NCBI GenBank assembly: GCA_021817245.1 | Contig: JAKAVQ010000001.1 | Coordinates: forward strand, 212,265 to 276,264 | DNA length: 64,000 nucleotides | Source: Thermoplasmata archaeon | GTDB taxonomy: Archaea; Thermoplasmatota; Thermoplasmata; Lutacidiplasmatales; UBA184 | Direction of reading: 5' to 3' | Shown: positions 20,456 through 29,517 of the stretch, piece by piece | Layout: each line of letters opens with the position of its first letter | Position numbering within the stretch: position 1 is the first letter of the stretch | The notes under the pieces: generated by a model | What the model was told of the DNA's origin: nothing | Database searches by the model: none | What the model saw: the letters and a program-made list of their open reading frames with translations, nothing else | Translations under genes and position numbers: made by a program

Positions 20456-20785
20456 CTACGCTCCCGGACCGGTGGGGGCCGACGCGGACTTCCGCAGGCG
20501 CTTCGCGCGCTCCTTCGAGTTGAACCCGGTGACCTCCTCGAGGAACCGATTGTACCGAGCGATCGTCTCCCGGGCGACGTCCTCGGGGACCTTCGGGTTC
20601 ATCGTCACGTCGATCTCGAGCTCCCGGCCCACCGCGCGGCAGACGAGCCGGGAGATCGCGCCGAAGGAGGACGTCACCCGGTCCTCGGTGCGTTCGACGG
20701 TGTCGAAGTGGGCACGGGCGATCCTTTCGAGCTCCTCGGGGACCAGGTGGGCCCGGTGGCTCGCCCGGACGGGGTACTGCTGCAC
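20456..20785 (-). CDS. DUF5611 family protein
   Basis: MQQYPVR..., SFGAI, YNRFLEEVTGFNSKER pattern; TATTTA element at about 20810-20815. Confidence 0.75.
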   Translation of the reverse strand: MQQYPVRASHRAHLVPEELERIARAHFDTVERTEDRVTSSFGAISRLVCRAVGRELEIDVTMNPKVPEDVARETIARYNRFLEEVTGFNSKERAKRLRKSASAPTGPGA

Positions 20786-20859
20786 GGCTCCGCGACGAAC
20801 CGGGCTCGGTAAATAGGCTCTCTGGGCCGACGCGAAGTCGCCGGGGGGCCCCGCAGGAA

Positions 20860-21081
20860 CTAGACGGTCTCGATCTCGACGAGCACGCGCAGACCCCGCA
20901 GCTGACGGGTCAGCTCGTCGGAGAGGTCAAGGATCTGCTCCCGGTTCGCCGGACCCGACCAGTCGTACACGAAGTCGTAGTTGCCCTGCGTCGGCGCGAA
21001 ACCGCACAGCCGCAGTCGGTCCGCGACGACCGAGGGCTTCGCGCCCTCGCTCGAGAACGTCACCCGGAGGTACGTCTCCAT
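20860..21081 (-). CDS. Small conserved hypothetical protein (73 aa)
   Basis: METYLRVTFSSEGAKPS...GNYDFVYDW...IETV; C-terminal part of ORF 20860..21936. Confidence 0.75.
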   Translation of the reverse strand: METYLRVTFSSEGAKPSVVADRLRLCGFAPTQGNYDFVYDWSGPANREQILDLSDELTRQLRGLRVLVEIETV

Positions 21082-21920
21082 CGCTGGCGGGACGTCGGCG
21101 GGCGCACAAAGACCTTGCGGCCGAGATCCGGTCGTACGAGGGCGAGGAGCGTCCCTTCCAGGGCGCCGGCCCCCCCGGGGGGAAACCGGCGCGCCGGAAG
21201 CCCGACCCCCGCCGAACGGACCGCGACCGCGCCGCTCCCGCGGGCGGCCCTCGCGACGCCGATCCCGAGATCGGCCCCGTCGATCGCCGATTCGGCGAGA
21301 TGTCGAGCCCGCGCCGTGGTCCGCGCCCGCGATGAAACCCGGGGGGACCGCGCGGCTCGCACGCGGGGCGCGGGGAACGCCGCGGCGAGCGCGGCGACGA
21401 TCGCGGGAAGGTCGGCTCCGAGCTCGACCGCGACCCGGATCTCGAGCGGCGCCCGTCGACGTCCCTGGGCATCGATCGTCCCGGCCCGGATCCGGCGGGA
21501 GCTGACGGGCTCCAGGTCGTCGGCGAGGGCGACCGGGACGACCACGAGCGGCAGGCGGGATCGACCGAGACGGCGCCGCTCCGCGTTCACGGCCCGGCCG
21601 CCGGCGACCGTGTCCGCCGAGACGACCAGCGCATCGACCCCGTCCTCGACCGACCGTCCAAAGCGATTCTCGAGGGGGACGAGCCGCCAGCGCCGGGCCG
21701 GGTAGTGCGACCGAAGCCACCGCTCTAGGTTCGCCCGACGTCGTCGGTAAGGCTCGAGCTCGCGCGGGAACGGCTTCGGGTGCTCGGCGAGGTAGGCCTC
21801 GGTGGTGAGCCCGATCGACACCGACCGGCCGACCCGGAACGCCGTGGCGAGCAGGGCCTCGTGACCGACGTGCAGGTGGTCGAAGGTCCCCCCCAGCACG
21901 GCATGCCGGACGCGACCCAC
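21060..21920 (-). CDS. coaD: Archaeal phosphopantetheine adenylyltransferase with degenerate C-terminal YjjX-like domain
   Basis: GGTFDHLHVGH, VSSRRIRAG; GTG 21920 with GGAGG RBS. Confidence 0.85.
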   Translation of the reverse strand: MGRVRHAVLGGTFDHLHVGHEALLATAFRVGRSVSIGLTTEAYLAEHPKPFPRELEPYRRRRANLERWLRSHYPARRWRLVPLENRFGRSVEDGVDALVVSADTVAGGRAVNAERRRLGRSRLPLVVVPVALADDLEPVSSRRIRAGTIDAQGRRRAPLEIRVAVELGADLPAIVAALAAAFPAPRVRAARSPRVSSRARTTARARHLAESAIDGADLGIGVARAARGSGAVAVRSAGVGLPARRFPPGGAGALEGTLLALVRPDLGRKVFVRPPTSRQRWRRTSG

Positions 21921-21928
21921 GGACCCTC

Positions 21929-22120
21929 CTAGGCAAAGAGCCGGCTCAGGAACGCGATCAGCAGGATGGCGATCGCGCCGTAGAGCAGGTAGGTGTACAT
22001 CCGCCGCGTCGCGATCTGCTGGGCCCGCTTCTCCCGACACGCCCGGCTGCAGGTCTCCTCGTCGACCGCGCAGACCCGTCCGCAGACCCGGCAATGTCGG
22101 TGGTCGGTCTCCGAGGGCAT
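21929..22120 (-). CDS. DUF2116 family Zn-ribbon membrane protein
   Basis: HRHCRVCG...CSRAC followed by a C-terminal TM helix. Confidence 0.85.
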   Translation of the reverse strand: MPSETDHRHCRVCGRVCAVDEETCSRACREKRAQQIATRRMYTYLLYGAIAILLIAFLSRLFA

Positions 22121-22176
22121 GGCGGCGGCAGGAAGGGACTCGGCTTATCGTTGCGGGAGCTCGGGCCGCGGGGGGC

Positions 22177-25100
22177 CTAGGTCCGGCGAACGCGGCGACG
22201 CAGATCACGGTCCGACGGATCCGGCCCCAGCGCCGGCGTCGGGTCCATCGGGTTCGGGGGGTCCGATTCGGCAAAGGAGCGGTACGCCGCCGCCGCCCTC
22301 AGCTCCGCGTCGAGCTCGTCGTCGGTCGGGATCGGGGGCGGTGCGGGACGGGAGGGCCGGGCCGCCGGCCGGGGGCCGGCCTTCAGGACATCGTGGGTCT
22401 CTGCCGAGAGCTGCTTCAAGAGGTTCAGCCAGATCCGGCCCTGGTGGGCGATCGTCCCCTCGAGGCGATCGCGCAGGTCGCTCGTCTGCTCGAGGAGCTC
22501 GCCCTCCACGCGGCGGAGCTCACGGACCAGCTCCCGGCGTAGCTCGTTGACGCGCGACTCGGTCTCCTCGGAGGCCGGACCGCGCTTCTCGAGCTCGGCG
22601 ACCTTGAGCCAGGTCTTCCGGACGACGGGGAGGACCCGGTCGCTCAGCACCAGCAGGCGCCGGTCGAGGTCGTCGGCCTCCTGCCGGATCGACCGCTCGA
22701 CCCGCGCGAGGTCGGTCTCGCGCTGCTGCAGCTTCGTCTCGAGCCGCTCGAGCCGAAGGATCGACTCCGCCTGCGCGGCCTTGAGCCGGAGCTCCGCGTC
22801 GGCGAGTCCCGCGGCGACCACCTTCTCCTGGTCGCCCCGGGCCGACTCGAGCGCCCGCGCGACCCGGTCCCTCACCGCGGCATCGAACCGGCTCGAGTCG
22901 ATCGTCTTCGAAAGGGCCTGATCGACGTCGGCCTTGAGCCGCGCGAGCAGCTCGACGTACTTCTCGCGCTCCCGCTCCTGGTTCTCCCTCAGCTTCTGCT
23001 CGAAGAACGCCTGGAGCCGGACCTGGAGGCCCGCGACGGCCGACGAGTTCGCGTCCGCGATCTCCGCGATCCGCGCCTCGCGCTCGGTCTCCGCGCGCTT
23101 CTCGACGTCGTCGATCCGCTCGTCGGCCAGCTGGAGGAAGTGCTCCCGTTGGTCGGCGATCTGCGTGGCGAGACGGCTCTCGAGGTCCTTCGCGCGCCCC
23201 TCGACCAGGATCGCGACCCGTTGCTCGAGCTCGCGGACCTCCCGGACCCTGTGCTGTTCCGCCGCGTCCGACTGGGACTTGAGCAGCTCCCGAACGCGCG
23301 CCTCGAGCTCCTCCCGGACGGCGGTGACCTGTTCCTTCGATTCCGCCACCTCGAGGTCGAGCTGGGCGACGAGGGCGGCCCGCAGCTCCTCCTCGGATCG
23401 GGCGGACCGTGCCTTGATCTCCTCGAGGTTCTGGCGCAGCTCTTCGCGCAGGCGCTGGGCCCAGAGCTCCCCGGTCGACTGCACCGCCTGCCGGACCTTC
23501 TCCGAAAGGTCGGGAAGGGCGGCGTCCAGCGAGGCGCGCAGCCGCTGCTCAAGGTCGGTGGAGAGCGCGGTGACATCGACGGCCGGCCGGGCCTCGAGCG
23601 GGGCGAGGCGCGCGCCGAGATCGGTGCCGAGTCGAAGGATCCCCTGGGCGGACCGGTCCGAGACCTCGCGGAGGCGCGTCTCCATCGTTCCGAGGAGCTT
23701 CGTTTCGAGCATCGCCGGGTCCGGCGGGGCCGGGGAGCGCTCGAGCGCCGCGACACGAGATTCGAGGAGCCGAAGCGCCTCGCCGTCCGGTTCTCGGGCG
23801 GCCGGCGCCAAGGGGCGCGCGGTAGGAAGACCTGTCACCGGGGGGAACGGGCGGTCCGGCTCGGGGGCCGGCGGGGGTGCCACGGAGGCGAGCCCCGTGG
23901 GGCGGATCTCGGGAGGAGGGGCCGAGGGCCGGATCGACGGATCGTCGCTCACGGAGACGGGCACCGAGGCGGACGGCGGGACCCGTACCTCGGTCGGACG
24001 CTGGAGCCACGGCGGCACCGTCGACGCGACCGGGTCGGAGGGGTCGAGGACCGGTGGGGCGGTCGGAGAGAGACGGCTCTCTTCGAGTCGCGGCAGCAGG
24101 ACCGATGGCTGCGCCTGCACGTACTCGTTCGCGCGCTTCGCGGTCTCGCCGCTCATCGGGACCGAGCGACCCTTCGGGCGGCTCAGGAGGATCGCGGCGG
24201 TCTCCATCGCGGTCGCGATCCGCCACATCTCCTTGCGCCGGTCGCGGCCGCCCTGGCGCTCGGGGTCGTGAAGGTGCGTGACGGAGCGGCCGGACTCGAC
24301 CACGTCGACCCGCCGGGCGATCTCGGCGAGCTTCGATTCGAGCCCGTCCCGGGCGTACTGGAGAACGAGCGGCAGCGACTCCCGGGCGCGAGCGGTGGGC
24401 GGGTGGGTGAGGTCGCGGACGCTGACCGGGGCGAGTTCCCAGGACTGGATCCGCTTGGAGTGCCGGTCCCCCTGAGCCTCCCCCTTCGGCACGCGCATCA
24501 GCGCGAGCGTGAGCGGGATCTGCTCGGTGAACTCGTGGGTGTTGACCTTCGCCTCGGGCAGGAAGTAGGGGAAGACGAGGAACGCGCCGAGGGAGAGCAG
24601 GGAGCCGGGCAGGAGCCGCACCATGTCCTGGACGACCTGGTTCCCCGCCTCCCACTGGTCGGCGGCAACGACGACGACCGGATCGCTCGTCCCCCGATGG
24701 AAGAGGAACCCCTCGCCGACGGCCTGGTAGACCGACGGGTCCGGGTCGACGGTCGGGTGGGTCGGCTGCGCGGGCCCGCCCATCGTCGCGTGGGCCCGCA
24801 GCACCGCAGGTCCGAACTCGCCGGTCGCGAGCAGGTCGGCGGTCGCGAAGACGAGCGTCTTCATGCCGAGCCGGGGACGGTCCTCGGTGGAGAGGAACAT
24901 CCGGCCGACGCACGTGTACCGTCCGTTGGCCGCCGGGTACAGGAACAGGTTGGGGTAGAACGAGAGCGGCTGGGCCGGGTCCGGATCCCAGTAATCGTGG
25001 GTGTCGGCGATGTTGATCGTCAGGTTGCCGACGATCCGGATCGCCTCGAGCGTCTCGCGCCGGCCCGGGAACTCCTCGGGGATGGTCGTGTACCCCGGGC

Positions 25101-25185
25101 TCTCGGCCTCGTTGTCGACCTGGCGGCACCAGACGACCGCGACCGGCGAGAGTCCGGCCGCGACCGGCCCGGATCCGAGCGCCAT
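22177..25185 (-). CDS. Large protein: globular N-domain (DENN/GAP1-like), Pro-rich linker, long coiled coil (1002 aa)
   Basis: ATG 25185 overlaps the GTPase TGA (TGATG); about 450 aa of E/R/L/A heptads in the C-terminal half. Confidence 0.85.
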   Translation of the reverse strand: MALGSGPVAAGLSPVAVVWCRQVDNEAESPGYTTIPEEFPGRRETLEAIRIVGNLTINIADTHDYWDPDPAQPLSFYPNLFLYPAANGRYTCVGRMFLSTEDRPRLGMKTLVFATADLLATGEFGPAVLRAHATMGGPAQPTHPTVDPDPSVYQAVGEGFLFHRGTSDPVVVVAADQWEAGNQVVQDMVRLLPGSLLSLGAFLVFPYFLPEAKVNTHEFTEQIPLTLALMRVPKGEAQGDRHSKRIQSWELAPVSVRDLTHPPTARARESLPLVLQYARDGLESKLAEIARRVDVVESGRSVTHLHDPERQGGRDRRKEMWRIATAMETAAILLSRPKGRSVPMSGETAKRANEYVQAQPSVLLPRLEESRLSPTAPPVLDPSDPVASTVPPWLQRPTEVRVPPSASVPVSVSDDPSIRPSAPPPEIRPTGLASVAPPPAPEPDRPFPPVTGLPTARPLAPAAREPDGEALRLLESRVAALERSPAPPDPAMLETKLLGTMETRLREVSDRSAQGILRLGTDLGARLAPLEARPAVDVTALSTDLEQRLRASLDAALPDLSEKVRQAVQSTGELWAQRLREELRQNLEEIKARSARSEEELRAALVAQLDLEVAESKEQVTAVREELEARVRELLKSQSDAAEQHRVREVRELEQRVAILVEGRAKDLESRLATQIADQREHFLQLADERIDDVEKRAETEREARIAEIADANSSAVAGLQVRLQAFFEQKLRENQEREREKYVELLARLKADVDQALSKTIDSSRFDAAVRDRVARALESARGDQEKVVAAGLADAELRLKAAQAESILRLERLETKLQQRETDLARVERSIRQEADDLDRRLLVLSDRVLPVVRKTWLKVAELEKRGPASEETESRVNELRRELVRELRRVEGELLEQTSDLRDRLEGTIAHQGRIWLNLLKQLSAETHDVLKAGPRPAARPSRPAPPPIPTDDELDAELRAAAAYRSFAESDPPNPMDPTPALGPDPSDRDLRRRVRRT

Positions 25186-26357
25186 CAGCTCCCCTTGGTC
25201 GCGCGGCGCTCGAGCACCCGCTCGCAGGCGCGGGCGAGGGGGAGGGTCGTGTTGACCATCACCGGTACCCCCATCGTGGGGGTTCCGACGTTCGGCGACT
25301 CCTCGCCGGTCTCCCCGACGAACATCGGATGGCCCTCCCCGGTCGAGACGGCGCTCGACACGAGGAAGACGTCCTCGCGGACGGATAGGCCACGACCGTC
25401 CTGGGCGACGAGGATCGTCCCCATCCCGGCACCGTCCCGACGGAGGAGGAACTCGACCGGATCGAACGCGCTGTGGTACGTCCGGTCGCGCACCGACTGC
25501 TCGACCTCGGAGTAGAAGTCCTTGAGCTTGTCTGCCTTCGAGATCGCGATCACGAGCGGGAGGTTGCGGCTGCGGACATAGCGGAAGACGCCGCGCGCGA
25601 GGTTGACCTGCTGGGCCTGGTCGCGGAGCGATGGGAGCGCCGGTGAGAGGAGCAGGATGACGGCGTCGGCCCCCTGGACGAACCGTCCCAGCAGGGTGAG
25701 ACCCCGACGCCACAGGTCGCGCCGGTCCGGGCGCCAGGAATCGAAGTGCGGGATCACGCGGCAGGTCTTCTCGCTGACCTCGCCCTCGGGGGAATCGATC
25801 CAGAGCCGGTCGTAGGTGAAGTAATCCGCGATGATCCCGCCGGCCTCGTCGATCGTGCGGAGCTCCATCGGGCGGGACGCCGCTTCGCCGTTCGGCGCCC
25901 CGTAGCGGAAGCGCATCGTCATCTCGACGAACTGGTTGAACTTCGTCGGCAGCGGATACTTCGTCAAGACGCCCTGATCTTCGCGTCCCGCCGCAAGCTC
26001 CACCCAGAGCTTCCGCCGGTCCTCCATCGGACGATTCACGTAGTACCGGGTCGTCGTCTCGAGGCTTCCCTCGGGGTCCGTGGGGTCGGTCGTCTCGTAC
26101 GTCGTCTCCTCGAGGGCGACGTCGTTCTCGAGCTCCCCGTAGAGCGGGAGCGTCCCGTTCTCCGGGCGGGTCGGCACGTAGAGGATCGGCAGGTTGAGGC
26201 CGAAGTGGCCCGAGAGGAAGCGGAAGTAGGTCGTCTTGCCGGACGCGGGGATCCCGACCACGGCGATGCGGGCCGTGTCGAACGACGGCTTCGACTCCCG
26301 TTCGCGTTTGGACCCGGCTCCCCGGCGGGTGCGCGTCGTGACCTTGACCTCGGGCAT
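25185..26357 (-). CDS. Divergent TRAFAC-class P-loop GTPase
   Basis: G1 GIPASGKT, G3 DEAG, G4-like SKAD, G5-like VSSA; GAGGAGG RBS. Confidence 0.85.
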   Translation of the reverse strand: MPEVKVTTRTRRGAGSKRERESKPSFDTARIAVVGIPASGKTTYFRFLSGHFGLNLPILYVPTRPENGTLPLYGELENDVALEETTYETTDPTDPEGSLETTTRYYVNRPMEDRRKLWVELAAGREDQGVLTKYPLPTKFNQFVEMTMRFRYGAPNGEAASRPMELRTIDEAGGIIADYFTYDRLWIDSPEGEVSEKTCRVIPHFDSWRPDRRDLWRRGLTLLGRFVQGADAVILLLSPALPSLRDQAQQVNLARGVFRYVRSRNLPLVIAISKADKLKDFYSEVEQSVRDRTYHSAFDPVEFLLRRDGAGMGTILVAQDGRGLSVREDVFLVSSAVSTGEGHPMFVGETGEESPNVGTPTMGVPVMVNTTLPLARACERVLERRATKGS

Positions 26358-26376
26358 CGAACGGCCTAGCGCCTCC

Positions 26377-27879
26377 TCACCGCATCTCCGCGAGGCATAT
26401 CTCGATGAAGTCGAGCGCGCCCTCGACGGCGGGCCCGCCGGTCGAGAGCTCGAGGCGCGCGTCCTGCAGGAGGCCGAAGACCTCCTCGACGGCCGACTCG
26501 TGCTTCAGTGCGGCGTCCTGGAGATCGCCCTCCCCGGCGAGGCGGGTGAGCTGGTACGTTCCCCGCAGATCGAGCAGCTTGGCGAAGAGGTCCATGAGTT
26601 GCGTCCGCGCCCCGGCGTTCCCGTTCGCGAGCGCATGCTCGGTCGAGTCGATGAAGCGCACCAGCGTCTCGGTCTCCTTGTCGTTCTGCATCCGGGCCTG
26701 GAGCATCGCGAGCCGGCGGAGGACCGCGCCCTGCGACGGTGACGGGAGCTTCTCCGCTTCGGTCCACGCCTGGAGCAGCGCCCGTGCCGCCTCGACGACG
26801 GCATGGCGGGCGTACTGCACCCGGGCCTCCCAGTACAGTCGTGTCACCGCCGGGAGCACCAGTTGGGCTTTCGCGATGCGGGAGAGCGCAAGGTCGTACT
26901 CCCCCTGGAGGTACGCCTCGACGATCTCGCCGAGCGGACCGTACCGTTCCTTGAGGTACGCGGGAGGGCCGGCCGCGCTCGCGAGCACGCCGACCTCGAG
27001 GTCGGGCGCCTCCGTGTACGCGTTCACGCCGTTCGCCCGGGCCGCGACCTGCGCGCTGCGGATCCGCGCGACCGTCGCGTGCTGCTGCGGCTCTTTCAGC
27101 GCGCGGGCGGCGTTCGCGGCATGCCGAGCGAGCTCTTCGGGATGCATCTCTTCGAGTGCAAGGTCGCTGTCGTACGAGACGTCGATGAACGCATGGACCA
27201 TCTGGGTGAAGAGCGCGGTCCCCGTGGTCACCTCTTGGAATCCGAACGGCGCCGGCAGCCCGAGCGCCTGGGCGCGCGCGGTGAGCTGATCGATCAGCTG
27301 GTTCATCCGGCCGGCGTCGACGCCCTTGTCCCGCTCCGTCCCGTTCCCGATGCCGATCAGGCGCAGCGAGAGCCGGGAGTTCGCGGGGAGCAGGTACGGG
27401 ACGAGATCGACCTTTCCCTCGGGCAACGCGGCCCCGGGCGAAGCCCGGACATCGAAGCGGCCCGAGGCGTTGTCCCATCCGTCCGTCACGAGCACGAGGT
27501 TCCCGCGCACGCCGTCCGTGCCCTGGCGCAACAGGTCGGCGCCGGTCGCGATCGCGTCCCAGATGGCGGAGCGGCCGCTCGGCGTCAGGAGCGAGATGAG
27601 GTTCTCGATGTAGGGGAGGTTCTCCTTGTGGATCTCCCCGAGCGGTACGGGGACCCGGACCACTTCCGTGAACGTCACGAGACCGAAGAGCGCCCCCGAG
27701 TTGGCGGCCTCCTCGAGGATGCGAAAGACGGCGGTCCGGGCGACCTCGACCTTCTGGCGCTCCGGCCGGCTCGTGTCGGGATCCGGTAGCGGCGCGAGCA
27801 TGCTCTTCGAAAGGTCGAGCAGGAGCACATGGCGCTCGCGGGCAGCGGCCGGTACCGAAGCAGGTGCGTCGTTCAACAT
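26377..27879 (-). CDS. vWA (MIDAS) domain protein with C-terminal TPR-like helical region
   Basis: LLLDLSKSM (DxSxS), GRSAIWDAI, LVLVTDG, LIGIG; helical C-terminal half. Confidence 0.9.
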   Translation of the reverse strand: MLNDAPASVPAAARERHVLLLDLSKSMLAPLPDPDTSRPERQKVEVARTAVFRILEEAANSGALFGLVTFTEVVRVPVPLGEIHKENLPYIENLISLLTPSGRSAIWDAIATGADLLRQGTDGVRGNLVLVTDGWDNASGRFDVRASPGAALPEGKVDLVPYLLPANSRLSLRLIGIGNGTERDKGVDAGRMNQLIDQLTARAQALGLPAPFGFQEVTTGTALFTQMVHAFIDVSYDSDLALEEMHPEELARHAANAARALKEPQQHATVARIRSAQVAARANGVNAYTEAPDLEVGVLASAAGPPAYLKERYGPLGEIVEAYLQGEYDLALSRIAKAQLVLPAVTRLYWEARVQYARHAVVEAARALLQAWTEAEKLPSPSQGAVLRRLAMLQARMQNDKETETLVRFIDSTEHALANGNAGARTQLMDLFAKLLDLRGTYQLTRLAGEGDLQDAALKHESAVEEVFGLLQDARLELSTGGPAVEGALDFIEICLAEMR

Positions 27880-28059
27880 CGGATGGTTGCAGGGAATCGG
27901 GAGGACGTCACTGGTTTCCTAGAGCCCCACGGTTCCCCGGTCCGCTCTGCCCATGTGCACGCCGTATTTACCTCGGAGAAGGTATTTGTGGCTTCCGACG
28001 GTTATACGCCGCGGAGGCCCGAAAGGACGCCAAATCCGTTCCGGCGCGGCTCGGGTAAC

Positions 28060-28066
28060 CTTATAG
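28060..28066 (+). promoter_or_regulatory. TATA box of rps17e
   Basis: CTTATAG about 27 nt upstream of ATG 28093. Confidence 0.6.
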
Positions 28067-28092
28067 TCCGGACTCGAAGTGGCCCCGCCCGC

Positions 28093-28317
28093 ATGGGCAA
28101 CATCCGCCAGACGTACATCAAGCGCGTCGCGATCGAGCTGATCCGTCACTATCCCGAATCGTTCGGCGGGGACTTCGCCCAGAACAAGCAGAAGGTCCTC
28201 GAGCTGACCGACCTCGGCGTGTCCGTCGACGGGAAGACGCACGTCACCCACAAGAAGCTCGCGAACCGGATCGCCGGCTATGCGACCCGGTACATGAAGC
28301 GCAAGCGCGGCACCTAG
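28093..28317 (+). CDS. rps17e: 30S ribosomal protein S17e
   Basis: MGNIRQTYIKRVAIEL...NRIAGYATR. Confidence 0.95.
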   Translation: MGNIRQTYIKRVAIELIRHYPESFGGDFAQNKQKVLELTDLGVSVDGKTHVTHKKLANRIAGYATRYMKRKRGT

Positions 28318-28346
28318 CCGTTGCGCTGAACCCGGGTCCCCCGGGC

Positions 28347-29012
28347 CTAGTCGAGGATCCCCAGCCCTTCCTGCAAGTGGACGATCTCGACCGGGGTGGT
28401 GGGCCGGCCGACGAGGAAACCGCGGGAGTTCGCGACGACGCAGGCGCCCACGATCGGTACTCCGAAGTTCGCGGTCGACCGGTGGATCGGGACCTTGAAG
28501 ATCTCGTGCAAGAGCTCGACCTCTCGCTCGGTCGCCTTCGGATGGACGACGACGCCCCGGTTCGTCGCCACGCCGGCCATGCCGACGGTCCCGAGCCCGG
28601 CGATCGTGGCGCGACGGGCGGGGACACCGAGCGCCCGGCCGATCGCGTTGACGGTCTCGGGGGGGAACTCCGGGTGCACGACGGCGCCCGTGTCGTTCGC
28701 AAGGATGTTGTTGCCCATCGCGTTCTGCCGCTGGCGCACGATGTGGACCGGGGCGATCTCTTCGAGGCGGCGGCGGTCCGCCGCGTCGACGTCGTCCCCG
28801 AGGACGATGCCGTGGGAGTTCGCGGCGACCATCGCGCCCACGACCTCCGAGTCGAAGACCCCGCAGCGAACGAGGCGGATTCCGAGTAGGCGTTCGAGGT
28901 CGTGCTCGATGGCGCGCGGAGCGCTCTGCGGTCCGATCGCCACCGCCTCCCCCGCCCGCAGGTAGACCCCGAGATAGGGGCTGCCCGCAAAGAGGGTGCG
29001 TCCGACCGGCAC
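28347..29012 (-). CDS. eif6: Translation initiation factor 6 (aIF6)
   Basis: GSPYLGVY, GNNILANDTGAVVHP, TANFGVPIVGA, TTPVEI; follows rpl31e. Confidence 0.95.
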   Translation of the reverse strand: MPVGRTLFAGSPYLGVYLRAGEAVAIGPQSAPRAIEHDLERLLGIRLVRCGVFDSEVVGAMVAANSHGIVLGDDVDAADRRRLEEIAPVHIVRQRQNAMGNNILANDTGAVVHPEFPPETVNAIGRALGVPARRATIAGLGTVGMAGVATNRGVVVHPKATEREVELLHEIFKVPIHRSTANFGVPIVGACVVANSRGFLVGRPTTPVEIVHLQEGLGILD

Positions 29013-29034
29013 TCTAGGCGTCTCCCGGGGAGGG

Positions 29035-29331
29035 CTACTGGGTCTCGAGGAGGTCGACCTCGATCAGGCCGTCCTCGAAACGGATCGCCTTCACCCGGAC
29101 CTGGCGCGGAATGTGCTGGACTCCCCGTTCCCATATGCGCTCGTTGAGGCGCGGGTCGATCCAGACGTCCTCGGGCTGGCCCTTCATGTGTCGGACGACG
29201 AACCGCCGGACGGTCTCGAGGGCATGACCGGCGCGGCGCCGTCGGGAGGGCTGGTGCTGGCTGGCTCGCAGGGGGATCACGTACTCCCGCTCGAGCTCCT
29301 CGGCGTGTCGGGTCGTGGTCTTCGCAGGCAC
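29035..29331 (-). CDS. rpl31e: 50S ribosomal protein L31e
   Basis: EREYVIPLR, RHMK, IDPRLNERIWERG. Confidence 0.95.
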   Translation of the reverse strand: MPAKTTTRHAEELEREYVIPLRASQHQPSRRRRAGHALETVRRFVVRHMKGQPEDVWIDPRLNERIWERGVQHIPRQVRVKAIRFEDGLIEVDLLETQ

Positions 29332-29346
29332 GGTCGTTCTCCTCCG

Positions 29347-29505
29347 TTACTTGTGCAGGTGGCCCCGCTTCCAGGTATGGCGCTTCGGGTGGCGGGTGAC
29401 CTGCCGGTTCGTTCGCTGCATGACCCAAGCCGGGACCCGGCGGTTCGAACGCACCAGGCGCAGCAGGCGGGTCTTGCGGGCGAGGCTCTTCCTACGGTTC
29501 GCCAT
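29347..29505 (-). CDS. rpl39e: 50S ribosomal protein L39e
   Basis: Below the ORF-track cutoff; read by hand: [52 protein letters not shown]. Confidence 0.95.
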   Translation of the reverse strand: MANRRKSLARKTRLLRLVRSNRRVPAWVMQRTNRQVTRHPKRHTWKRGHLHK

Positions 29506-29517
29506 CGGTTCGACTCC

